Shown here one piece after another: positions 33,461 through 43,105 of a stretch of 64,000 nt of DNA; the stretch's first letter is position 1; every line of letters starts with the position of its first letter. Made by a program: the position numbers and the translations under genes. This DNA is from Alloascoidea hylecoeti (lineage: Eukaryota). The notes beneath the pieces were generated by a model that did not search any database, was not told the DNA's origin, and was given only the letters and a program-made list of their open reading frames with translations. The stretch lies in assembly GCA_001600815.1 (NCBI GenBank), contig BCKZ01000009.1:274194-338193 (forward strand), given 5' to 3'.

Positions 33461-36157
33461 TCATGCTACTATCATCGAATCATGTCCCCGACTTTCATCG
33501 TTCCCTGTAGTTTGTAACTTTAAACTTTCATTACCAGAATTCTCGATTTCAAGTGATGATTCTTTCTCTTTACTCCAACTTTTATTAGATTTACTTTTAT
33601 TATGAGTCAATAAATGTCTTTGTAATTGATCATTTCTTACAAAAGATTTCTTACAATCATCATAGGGGCAAATGTATATTTTTTCTGCCTTATGTGTTCT
33701 CATATGTTTAGCAAGATTTGAACTTTCACTAAATCTTTTACCACAACCAGGCCATTTACATATTAATGGCTTTTCACCTGTATGTGTTCTCATATGAACT
33801 GATAACGCAGTACTGGCTGCAAAAGACTTAGCACACAGAGTACACTTGAATGGTTTTTCACCCGAATGAATCCTCATATGTTGTTTAAGTAAGGCCTCTT
33901 CAGCGAAGCATTGAACACAAAAATTGCATTTGAATGGCTTGTAGTTTGTGTGAATATGTAAATGTCGTAGAATTTTTTGTCTCTGTTTGAAGGGTTTTTG
34001 ATACCTCTCACAGTTTTTCCAACAACAAATATATTCTTTTTGTCTTGAGCCAACGTGATCTCCACAAACATGCTCTGACAGTTCAAGCTCAGTATCAAAT
34101 AATTTATTACAAAGCTCACCGTTTGAATGAACCCATTTACATCGATTTTCATTGGGTGGTTCACGTTGATATTTAGTATTTGATCGTCTATTAAAAGGTA
34201 TAGAAAAATCATATTTTGATTCTTCCTTGATCTTCTGAGTAATGTTTGGGTCTAATTTTGCGGTTTCTGGTTGTGGATATGTACCTGGAGGTTTATTAGG
34301 AACACTTGTAGAAGCGAATGATGAAGAAGTGGTAACATGTTCTAGAAGAAGATTTGAAGAAGTAATATCCATACCATCTAACGGCGCTAAAACTGTATTC
34401 TCTAAGTTTGCAATCCCATGGGATTCTTGCATATGTCCAATCAATGTTTTAAGATTTTCACTTTGATAGTTACATTTGTCCCATTCACATTGAAATGGAT
34501 TAATGGTAGTGGGTAAATGTGAATCTATAGGCTTCTCCTGTGTGTGATTTTTAGGAGATGATAATAACTCCTTAATAATATTTTGAATATCAATTTGTGA
34601 ATCACTATGTAAGTAATTATTTAACAAATGATCTTTTAATAAATGTGATTCTAGCTGGGATGATTCAGAAATATGTGAATCACAGTTTTCCCATCTACAA
34701 AGAGGATAGTTTTTCTGAATTAGATTGATATCACCACTCCTCCCGTTTTGTTTTCGGTTCGCTATTCCACGGTCCGTTGTATACATATGCTCAGGAACCT
34801 CTGCTATATGATTATGGCAACAATTTTTCAACACAGGGACGGAATGAGAAGAAAGTGAGCTTGCTTGATTATAGGAGTAGCTAAATTGATGAATGTTCAT
34901 TTCAGATGGGCTAGGGGTATTAGGAGATGAAGCAGATGTAGATGATGCAAGCGATGGAAGTCCACTCGAATAATATAAATTGTTATGAATATGATTACAG
35001 TTGGGATGATCCAAAATTGACATTCCAGTAATAGGAGTCTCCCTGAGATTTTTGCTACTATTTTGGTAATGATTATTTTCAATCTTTGAATTATTAAAGA
35101 TTCTAGAATCATCTAGTAGATCCTTTTGTTTCTTCGAAGAATGTTCACCTTGATAATGATCACCTTCAATCTTTGAATTATTGAAATTTTTTGAATCATC
35201 TAGTAGATCCTTTTGGCTCTTCAAAGAATGTTCATCTTGATAAATATACTCCTGGTAATTTTCCAGTCTGTTTTGGATTTTGTGTGGATACTCTAAATAG
35301 TGATTATTCTGAGGTTGTAACTGATTATTAATACCTCCAGGTGATATTGAAGAGGGAATGTTCTTGCTTTGAGAAGAGTTCGATATCGATATGTATGTGC
35401 CCTTTGTTTCTGCTTGAAGATCGTGGTCATCACAATATTTGCAAAACTTACAGAACTCTGATTCAAAATCAATTAAGGGAAGAGGATCTGAAGTAGTAGG
35501 GGAAGAATAATCTAACTGAGAAGGAGGAAAAATTTCTTTGTTCCAATCTGTATCATATAGATCTTGCAGACCTGTTAGAATTTCAGGGCCCCAATTGATT
35601 TGATTTTGTGAATTGATGGGGGTGATAGTTGATGGTTTAGTATGTGAGTGTAAGGGAATATTCTTTGTTAGAGCAATGTTTGGAGGTATAGATTGTTTAT
35701 CGGATCCTATATTTGGGTGTTGCAAGAAACAATCTTTTGTTTCAGCGTCATTAGAAGCATGTAAATGATGATGTCCGTGTGGACATATTCTTATTCTTTG
35801 ATTAGTCGGCACTCCTGTACCAAATGTATGAGGTTTAAATTGTTGGTGAGAAATATCACAATCATGATTTATCTGGGGTGAATTTGGATATAGGGTCTCG
35901 GAATCCGGGATGTCGTATTCCTGGTTGTGATGTCCGTCACAACATAAAATTCCCACTACTTCTTCATCACAATTTTGAAAGTCGCAGCATTCCAAAATCT
36001 GACCTCCAGAAATCTCCTGGTCGCAGTCCATAGAACCTATACTGCTATGGTGTTCTGGTGCCTGAAATCGAGTCGGATCACAGCCAGAATCAGTACAGTG
36101 CGACTGTGAGTGTTCCTTTATAGTCATGGGTCGCTCTGTAGGAAGAAATAGATTCAT
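33461..36157 (-). CDS. ZAP1: Zinc-responsive C2H2 transcription factor, Zap1/ZafA-like
   Basis: His/Cys-rich N-terminal region and eight C2H2 fingers, including CxW-type pairs, RQKILRHLHIHTNYKPF and TGEKP linkers. Start is ATG 36157 or 36127. Confidence 0.85.
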   Translation of the reverse strand: MNLFLPTERPMTIKEHSQSHCTDSGCDPTRFQAPEHHSSIGSMDCDQEISGGQILECCDFQNCDEEVVGILCCDGHHNQEYDIPDSETLYPNSPQINHDCDISHQQFKPHTFGTGVPTNQRIRICPHGHHHLHASNDAETKDCFLQHPNIGSDKQSIPPNIALTKNIPLHSHTKPSTITPINSQNQINWGPEILTGLQDLYDTDWNKEIFPPSQLDYSSPTTSDPLPLIDFESEFCKFCKYCDDHDLQAETKGTYISISNSSQSKNIPSSISPGGINNQLQPQNNHYLEYPHKIQNRLENYQEYIYQDEHSLKSQKDLLDDSKNFNNSKIEGDHYQGEHSSKKQKDLLDDSRIFNNSKIENNHYQNSSKNLRETPITGMSILDHPNCNHIHNNLYYSSGLPSLASSTSASSPNTPSPSEMNIHQFSYSYNQASSLSSHSVPVLKNCCHNHIAEVPEHMYTTDRGIANRKQNGRSGDINLIQKNYPLCRWENCDSHISESSQLESHLLKDHLLNNYLHSDSQIDIQNIIKELLSSPKNHTQEKPIDSHLPTTINPFQCEWDKCNYQSENLKTLIGHMQESHGIANLENTVLAPLDGMDITSSNLLLEHVTTSSSFASTSVPNKPPGTYPQPETAKLDPNITQKIKEESKYDFSIPFNRRSNTKYQREPPNENRCKWVHSNGELCNKLFDTELELSEHVCGDHVGSRQKEYICCWKNCERYQKPFKQRQKILRHLHIHTNYKPFKCNFCVQCFAEEALLKQHMRIHSGEKPFKCTLCAKSFAASTALSVHMRTHTGEKPLICKWPGCGKRFSESSNLAKHMRTHKAEKIYICPYDDCKKSFVRNDQLQRHLLTHNKSKSNKSWSKEKESSLEIENSGNESLKLQTTGNDESRGHDSMIVA
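35064..35240. repeat. 87-bp (29-aa) tandem duplication inside the ZAP1-like CDS
   Basis: EHSLKSQKDLLDDSKNFNNSKIEGDHYQG / EHSSKKQKDLLDDSRIFNNSKIENNHYQ, also visible at DNA level. Confidence 0.9.
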
Positions 36158-36165
36158 GAAAAAGG

Positions 36166-36176
36166 ACCTTGGAGGT
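36166..36176. promoter_or_regulatory. ZRE-like palindrome ACCTTGGAGGT
   Basis: One mismatch to the Zap1 ZRE consensus ACCTTNAAGGT. Arms extend to GACCT-N3-AGGTC. Lies between the divergent ZAP1-like and Myb genes. Confidence 0.6.
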
Positions 36177-36438
36177 CTCCAAAATATTGCAACCAAATCA
36201 CGTGCAGTGGTCACACGTGATGCTGCACTTATGAGTGCATATGCAGGTAGCTGCGATGAACTTTAGCCTTCGTTGGAAAGGCAGGGAGGGTAACCCTGGA
36301 TAGCCTTTTCGAACGCACCCAACTTCATAAGCTAAATCCAGCCATCGCACTTCGGATCAGTCGTCCGATCCCAACTGGTAGACTCAGCTTACTGACATCC
36401 TATTTAAATTCAAGCAACACTATAAAAATACTCTCACC

Positions 36439-37626
36439 ATGTCCTCACAACATCGAAGAGGTCCATGGTCCCCGGACGAAGATGAACGGCTGATGGAATT
36501 GATTCATATCTATGGTCCTACTAACTGGGTTCGAATTGCCCATTCTTTAGGTAGTAGAAACCCAAAGCAGTGTAGGGAGCGATACCATCAGAATCTCAAA
36601 CCTTCCTTGAACCATACTCCCATATCGGCTGAAGAAGGTGCTTATATTGAGGAGCTTGTGGCCAGATATGGCAAACGGTGGGCTGAAATCGCCCGCCATC
36701 TTAACGGCAGATCTGATAACACCGTGAAAAACTGGTGGAACGGAGGAGCTAACAGACGTAGACGGGTGTCAGCGACTCCCTTTACTCCTATGGGCCCTCA
36801 TGGTCACATGGCTCCTATAAGGTCTATGAACATGGTGATGGGTGGACTTCACTCTCCTTATAGGCGAACTTCGGTTCCTGTTGTATCTCTTCCTCCTCTG
36901 AATTCGACCCCTTCATCTATACAAAGAAGGCATTCTGTCGTACCAGGACCCTATACAGGAGACCATCAAATACAGTTTCTTGGTGTCTCTCCAAGTCTCC
37001 CCGGGAGTCTACCGGGATCGTTGCCTGGAAGTGAAAATAACAGTCGTCGCAATAGCTATGCTTATCCTCCTTCAGTACCATCATATCACGCACAACAATT
37101 TTCATCTGCCTTCCCACCCCCTGCTAATTTGTCTCAGCCTGATAGACGAGGCTCGTCTGTTGTCCTTTCCAATTTTACTGGCTCAGAAACTTATTTTCCT
37201 TCTGTAATTCGGTCAAATCCAACAGCGCCGTCTTCAAAGGCACAGACGCCCCAGTTTAACAACCCCTTTTCGAGTTCAATGGGATCCAAATTACCAGCTT
37301 TGAACTCCATCACAAATAACTTAGATGTTCTTCCTCCACATCCTCCGACCATGCTCCCTTCATCTTCTATAAATACACAACAACAAACAAAACTACCTTC
37401 TATACAACAACCTCCTCAGACTTCCTTATTTAAGTCGAACTTCAGTATGGCTTCTGGGTTTCTTCCTTCTTCTCCTCCCCTTGCCACTTCTTCTTCTTAC
37501 ACTACTCATGCTACAAATGAGTCAAACCACTTATCAATATCAAAGTTTGAAAACGTAGGTCGATCTCCTCGTCAAACTCCACATACTGAAACTACAAAGA
37601 TGGATATTTCGAATCTTATTCTTTAA
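36439..37626 (+). CDS. Two-repeat Myb transcription factor (FlbD-like)
   Basis: RRGPWSPDEDERL...WVRIA...KQCRERYHQNLKP...RWAEIARHLNGRSDNTVKNWWN, followed by a low-complexity S/P-rich tail. Confidence 0.92.
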   Translation: MSSQHRRGPWSPDEDERLMELIHIYGPTNWVRIAHSLGSRNPKQCRERYHQNLKPSLNHTPISAEEGAYIEELVARYGKRWAEIARHLNGRSDNTVKNWWNGGANRRRRVSATPFTPMGPHGHMAPIRSMNMVMGGLHSPYRRTSVPVVSLPPLNSTPSSIQRRHSVVPGPYTGDHQIQFLGVSPSLPGSLPGSLPGSENNSRRNSYAYPPSVPSYHAQQFSSAFPPPANLSQPDRRGSSVVLSNFTGSETYFPSVIRSNPTAPSSKAQTPQFNNPFSSSMGSKLPALNSITNNLDVLPPHPPTMLPSSSINTQQQTKLPSIQQPPQTSLFKSNFSMASGFLPSSPPLATSSSYTTHATNESNHLSISKFENVGRSPRQTPHTETTKMDISNLIL

Positions 37627-39481
37627 TTCTTATGCTTTGTTTTTACTTGTCTTAATTTTCTCTATAGAAACATCTGTAACATTTACTAAGTGTACGCTCT
37701 CTTAATATTTTAAAACTTTTGGAGTTAGTTTATGATATTCGAATATATTTGTATTCCTTCAAATCTGACTTTCTATAAAATTTATATTTATGTTTTATTT
37801 CTGGTTATCTGATTACTGTATGTTCTAATGTTCAAATATTTAAATATTATTTGTTAAATTAAATGTTATTGATTAAATTTAGAACTCCTCAATACATTAT
37901 TTAGAATATAGCTATAATGGTGGTTGTTCTTGGTGAGTAATTGATCGCTCAAAAATAAGGATTCACTAGATATTCTAGTACATCGATAAGCTACTTATAC
38001 TGATACATTTCCCTGACATGTTCGTTCACGTTCTTCTACTTTCCATTCAAAGTTAGAAGGTTTCTTATTCTGTCTACCTTGGTTTTGATGGTCTTTAGCT
38101 TCGTCAGGTTTTTCTTTTGCCAAATAATAACCAATTGTATTTTCATAGAACATTTCTGTCTTGGCTCTCCTAGCCTTACTTAATTGTCAAATGATTTTCA
38201 CACAAGAGCTCTGGATGTGGTAATTGAACTGTTTATTGGTCATAATGAAATCTCCGCATATTGCGCATATCATGCATATTGGGAGTTTACAGTTAGTCTT
38301 ACCTAGTTATGGATAATATTTTTTTGATCAATCTATATTGACATGATCTCTTTCGAACTATTCATTGAGATTAAGCAGTCATCTTCTGGTGGTGTATCCA
38401 TATAATTGAAACAGACTTCATCACATGCTAGAATCAAACATCAAAGGCCGCAATGACGGTGAACCACTAGAAGAAGTTTTCTTTACTCCATCCTAGGGTC
38501 ATCGCCAGAATAAAGTTTGTTTTTTTGGCTGATGACTTGCTTCTGGTTCGCAGAGGATATTTTTGTATCAAATATATAGTTTTGAGAGTTTCTTCAATGG
38601 AGCATCTGCCACGAAACAATAAAACATTTCTCCATCGGCCACCCCCATTTTTGCATTATATAATAACCTATTAGTTAGCCAATTCCCTTCGACGTTGCTC
38701 AAAGTTTGAAACGCTTCTTCAACTGCTGATCTTGATTGTCTACCTTTCATATGATTGATAAGAGTTCTTTCTGATCGATGTATATTCCGCTCAAGTTTAC
38801 TTTTTTCCATGGCGCAAGTAGCCTCACTTATCTCTTTATGCTCCGGGGAATCTTATGGGCATTACCATTGTTGGTGGTTGAGGAAAAAGACGTTTTAGAG
38901 ATGGGTGATAATCTACTTTGAGGCAAAAACAGTATGACTATTAAGCTTCCTTTTGGCTTACTTTATTACTCGAAATTCAAGCAATGTGGATATATAATGA
39001 ATTATCAACTGTCTCCAAGACGTGTATATTATTGGAATATGTTGAATTACAATTTGTGTCCCAATATCAAATATCCAATTGCAACCTCAATTAATATTAT
39101 TATTTTATATATGATCTTATATTATATTTAAGTCAAGTAAATGTCACCACATACATATATATAAACTACAGAAGTTTCAAAGGTGGGCTAAATGATTTAG
39201 CCAATGCTTATTACAAATTTTGATACCTATACCACAAACTGTAATATAAGCCATAATTTGAAAAGATCAACTGTATTATAAACTAAAAGTAGTAATGAAA
39301 TGAGCTAATTTCATCACACAAATAATAATTAAAAATAAGCAAAACATATGCTTTTAAAAATCATCTAAAAATAGAAAAAAATATAAATCAATATAAAAAA
39401 TTTTGAAATAATATGAAGTAAATACATAACATGAACAATGAATATTTGCCTTAAATAAATTTATCTGTAATTCCTAGGCAT

Positions 39482-41161
39482 CTAGATTTTAAGCAAAGCT
39501 GTTATTTGTTGTACTAGTTCATATAAGTCAATTTGGGGGACTTCTTCTTCATCTAAATTCTCAATGTTTCCATCTTTCTCTGCTTGTGCATTCAATGATA
39601 ATTTTGAACTGGCACCAACATCTTTAATCGCCATTATGATATCAGGGCAATTGTTAATAAATTTATAAAAGCGGACATCTTCACTTTCTAATAATTGAAC
39701 AATCGTCCATAATGCAATATGTTCAAAGGTACGATTCTTACTCGTCAAGAACCTAATTAAGAATCCTTTAATGCCACCAACTGGCTGTTCCCAGTTTTTT
39801 AAGATCGGATCATAATTCTTAACACGAGAGCAAAGATTAGCCAAAGCAGCTGCACTGTTTCCACATACTTCTGTATTTTGTGAGATTGTGAGGGGTATTA
39901 AAACATCAATCAAATCCATAGATAACAAAGTTTTCCTTAAACCATCAGCAAGCGCTAAAATGGCAAAACAAGCAGAAATTTCACTTTGAACAGATAGTGG
40001 TACATCAAGAACCAATTCTTTGCATTTTTGAACAGCCCCAGACTCAATCAATTCTAATCTATTTCGTTCAGAACTAGCAGCTAAATTCCGTAATGTAGAA
40101 ACAGCATGGCATTGAATTTCCTCACTATCTTCCTGATCAAGCAAAGCAACCAATGGTTTTAAAAATCCAGCATCAATAATTAAAGCTTCGTTTACTGGAT
40201 GAATGGAAATATTTCTAATGCAAGCAACTGCTGCAAGTACTAGTGGTGTATGATTTGATTGTAATAATTGAACTAAGTGAGTTAGACCTCCAAACTTAAC
40301 AATTTCTAACTGATAACCAGGATCAGAGGCTAAATTTCTTAAAGCCAATGTAGCTTGACATTGAACTCTAGGGCTAGGAGAATCCATCAACCCAACTAAT
40401 AGTGACACCAGCTTAGGTTCTGTTTGTGAAAGCTTCTTTCTATTAATTTCGTCAACAGCAATGTTACTTAAAGCCGTAGTACAGTAGTATTGAACATCAC
40501 CGTCGGGAGAGGATAGAAGTGAGACCAAGACAGGAATAGCACCAGCTTTTACCAACTCTTGTCTGTTTTCAAACGAATGTGTCATGTTTAACAGAGCACC
40601 TGTTGAATTTCTTTGCACACGCAAATCCTTAGATCTTGCCAGTTTGGTCAAAGGTTCCAAAGCACCTGACTGTGCTATTTTTGGCTTGTTATCATCCTGA
40701 GTAGCCAAGTTTGTTATGCAACCAACGGCATTACACTGAACTTCACTATTTGGAGACATCATTTGTCTAATTAGAGGCTCTAAACCACCCATTTCCACTA
40801 TTAATTTTTTGTTGTCATTATTAACAGCCAAATTACCTAAAGCAGCCGAGGCGGCCTTTTGAACTTCATGATCTGAATTTTGTAGTAATAGCAATATTGG
40901 TTCCAAAGTTTCCTTTCCAACTGGTCTTGCATCTTTTTCAGTGATCTCGGCAAATGCAAGAGCAGCGCTTCGTTGAAGATCAACATTGTCGGAATATACC
41001 AATGTTGTCAAGGCTTTCAAGGGCCCATCACTAAAAAAATCAACATCAGCATGATTTTCCAAAAGCTGAAGTAGAACAGAAATGGCTTCTCTTTCATTGT
41101 CTGCCAATAAGGGTGCAAATCCATCATGGTCACGGCCTGTACAACTACTGCAACAACCCAT
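39482..41161 (-). CDS. VAC8: Vacuolar armadillo-repeat protein Vac8
   Basis: MGCCSSC acylation motif; ARM repeats [44 protein letters not shown]. Confidence 0.97.
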   Translation of the reverse strand: MGCCSSCTGRDHDGFAPLLADNEREAISVLLQLLENHADVDFFSDGPLKALTTLVYSDNVDLQRSAALAFAEITEKDARPVGKETLEPILLLLQNSDHEVQKAASAALGNLAVNNDNKKLIVEMGGLEPLIRQMMSPNSEVQCNAVGCITNLATQDDNKPKIAQSGALEPLTKLARSKDLRVQRNSTGALLNMTHSFENRQELVKAGAIPVLVSLLSSPDGDVQYYCTTALSNIAVDEINRKKLSQTEPKLVSLLVGLMDSPSPRVQCQATLALRNLASDPGYQLEIVKFGGLTHLVQLLQSNHTPLVLAAVACIRNISIHPVNEALIIDAGFLKPLVALLDQEDSEEIQCHAVSTLRNLAASSERNRLELIESGAVQKCKELVLDVPLSVQSEISACFAILALADGLRKTLLSMDLIDVLIPLTISQNTEVCGNSAAALANLCSRVKNYDPILKNWEQPVGGIKGFLIRFLTSKNRTFEHIALWTIVQLLESEDVRFYKFINNCPDIIMAIKDVGASSKLSLNAQAEKDGNIENLDEEEVPQIDLYELVQQITALLKI

Positions 41162-41176
41162 TTTTAAACAATTTCT

Positions 41177-41319
41177 CTAAAAACAAAAACTTAAGAAGTT
41201 AGTAGTGAAACCCAAAAAGAATATCAAGTGTTGAAAAGAATAAATAGAGGGTAGTCAGTGAAGCCACTTAGTTATCTGTTTGTATAAGGTTGGAAGAGTG
41301 TGAAAGCGGATGAACTCAC
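41177..41319 (-). other. 143-nt 5'-UTR intron of VAC8
   Basis: GTGAGT donor at 41319, TACTAAC at 41204-41198, TAG acceptor at 41177, 15 nt before the ATG. No ATG in the ~80 nt upstream of the donor. Confidence 0.8.
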
Positions 41320-41552
41320 AGGATAGATTGGAGGTGGGTTCTTTTGGGTCAAATCCCAAAGGAGGGTACTAATGGGGTAGTAAAAAACGGAGGGGGACAA
41401 AAAAGCAGACACGGATCCGGTAGCTCAATAAAACTGCTAACGGTACGTGAACTCGGGGTTTAAAACGCAACCAACAGAGTGTCTGATGGCTTATTCGAGT
41501 TGATTTGCAAGAAGATAAAGAATGGTGGAGTGAAACTAGATATATTTTGTTG

Positions 41553-41578
41553 TTACCCGGTGTATGTGGTCACGTGAC
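41553..41578. promoter_or_regulatory. Adjacent Reb1-type (TTACCCGG) and Cbf1/bHLH (GTCACGTGAC) sites in the VAC8 promoter
   Basis: Exact consensus matches at 41553-41560 and 41569-41578. Confidence 0.65.
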
Positions 41579-42426
41579 AGATTAAAAACATTCAAGATGT
41601 TGTTTATTTGTAACAACTCCGCTTAATTGCAACTCGAATTGAAGAGGGCTCGGTATAACTATTTACAACTTTTATGGGGTTTCATTTCAAGGTTTAAGAT
41701 TCAACTGTTTATATCTGCCTACGATGCAGGTTTCATTTGATTCACGCATACTACACCCCTTCGGGCCCTTCCACAGTCTCAATCTTTGTTGAATTTACAA
41801 ATATAAATTTAGGTCATCAATATTACTAGATTATTGATCTTTCTGTCTTGTTTTCATGTTAAATAAGTAACATGTGTGATCTTTATTATGACACCACGAC
41901 CCATGATCATTCAGATATCTGACCCGTATCTTATTGGCCGATCATGGTTCCAAATAATTACGTCCATTAATAATTACATACTATCATGGATATAAGAGGG
42001 TGGGTTACGTACTAAGTAGAAAGTAATTAGTACTGCGTCTTCTAAAATTTTGGACCTTTCGCAGTTTCTGGGTATCTGTTTTGGTTCTATTATTCATCAC
42101 TTTGGTACGTGGCAGAGTGTTTTAATTTTAAAGTTAAGTTCTACGACATGAAATTTCGAGATGATTTTTTGAACTTACGTAAAACTTACCCTATAAGAAT
42201 CGATATTTGCTACTAGATTAGGATTAGGATTAGATCCGGAGATATGAATATGAATTTATATAACATTAGCTATGAGTAGTTTCTATAGCTAAGCAGAAAA
42301 CTCCCCAATTATTCTATCGTAGCAATCGTACTTTTTTTTAATAAAATGTTTGAACCCTTGATCATAAATAGATGATTGGAATATAATATCATATATATAT
42401 ATAAACAGATTGAAGTAACTTGCCGG

Positions 42427-42969
42427 TTATTCAAGTTTAGCCTGAGAGAAATCAAGTTCGGGATGGCTAGCTTTAAACTTTTCAAACATTTGCATTTTAT
42501 TTAACTCATCACTGCTAGGTAGTCCTAATTGTTTTTGCTTTTGGTCAAACATCATTTTTTCTATCGTCGATCTTGCTTCGCCATCCAGGTCGCTTAATTG
42601 GCTGTTTTCGGGATCAATAAGTTTGGTGTTGATCTTAGGAGCTGACGTTACAACGTGTGGCCACCATTCAAGTTTGTTATGTTTATCCAGGGTTATTTGC
42701 AATTCCTGTTGATCGACAATCGTCCATGTAGAATCATCTGTTGTTTTGGCAAATAAGTCACCGACAATGATAGGATCAGAGCCCTTTAGAGCTGCAAATA
42801 TTTTCAGAGGTTCCAATGAGATAGAAAGTTGCTTTGCCCGCGTTCCTTTGGGAAGAGGATATGTGATTGTCACCTCAGTCAAAGTTTGTACCCATTGATA
42901 AGGAAGAGTTGCCTGCTCCTTTGCTTCCTTTAGCTTCTCAGCCATCATGCTTTCTTTGTCCATATCCAT
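42427..42969 (-). CDS. nudC: Nuclear movement protein NudC (CS domain co-chaperone)
   Basis: LPYQWVQT, STWTI, EWWPHVVTSAPKI, PENSQLSDLDGEARSTIEKMMFDQKQK, HPELDFS. Probable ATG 42969. Confidence 0.93.
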   Translation of the reverse strand: MDMDKESMMAEKLKEAKEQATLPYQWVQTLTEVTITYPLPKGTRAKQLSISLEPLKIFAALKGSDPIIVGDLFAKTTDDSTWTIVDQQELQITLDKHNKLEWWPHVVTSAPKINTKLIDPENSQLSDLDGEARSTIEKMMFDQKQKQLGLPSSDELNKMQMFEKFKASHPELDFSQAKLE

Positions 42970-43105
42970 ATTAATTGTGTAAAAGTTTGTGTTAGCTAGG
43001 GAAAAAACCAGGAGAACATCACCATAGTGAAGCCAAAACATCCATGCACCCAAGTTTTGTACTATGAGACTGGTGGCTTGATTGCACCAACACTCCTCAA
43101 CCCCC

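Noticed and set aside
42214..42235. TAGATTAGGATTAGGATTAGAT telomere-like repeat
   Set aside because: Fewer than four units and not TTAGGG; an ordinary short microsatellite.
42992..42997. GCTAAC upstream of nudC as a branch point
   Set aside because: No AG acceptor before the ATG and no good donor.
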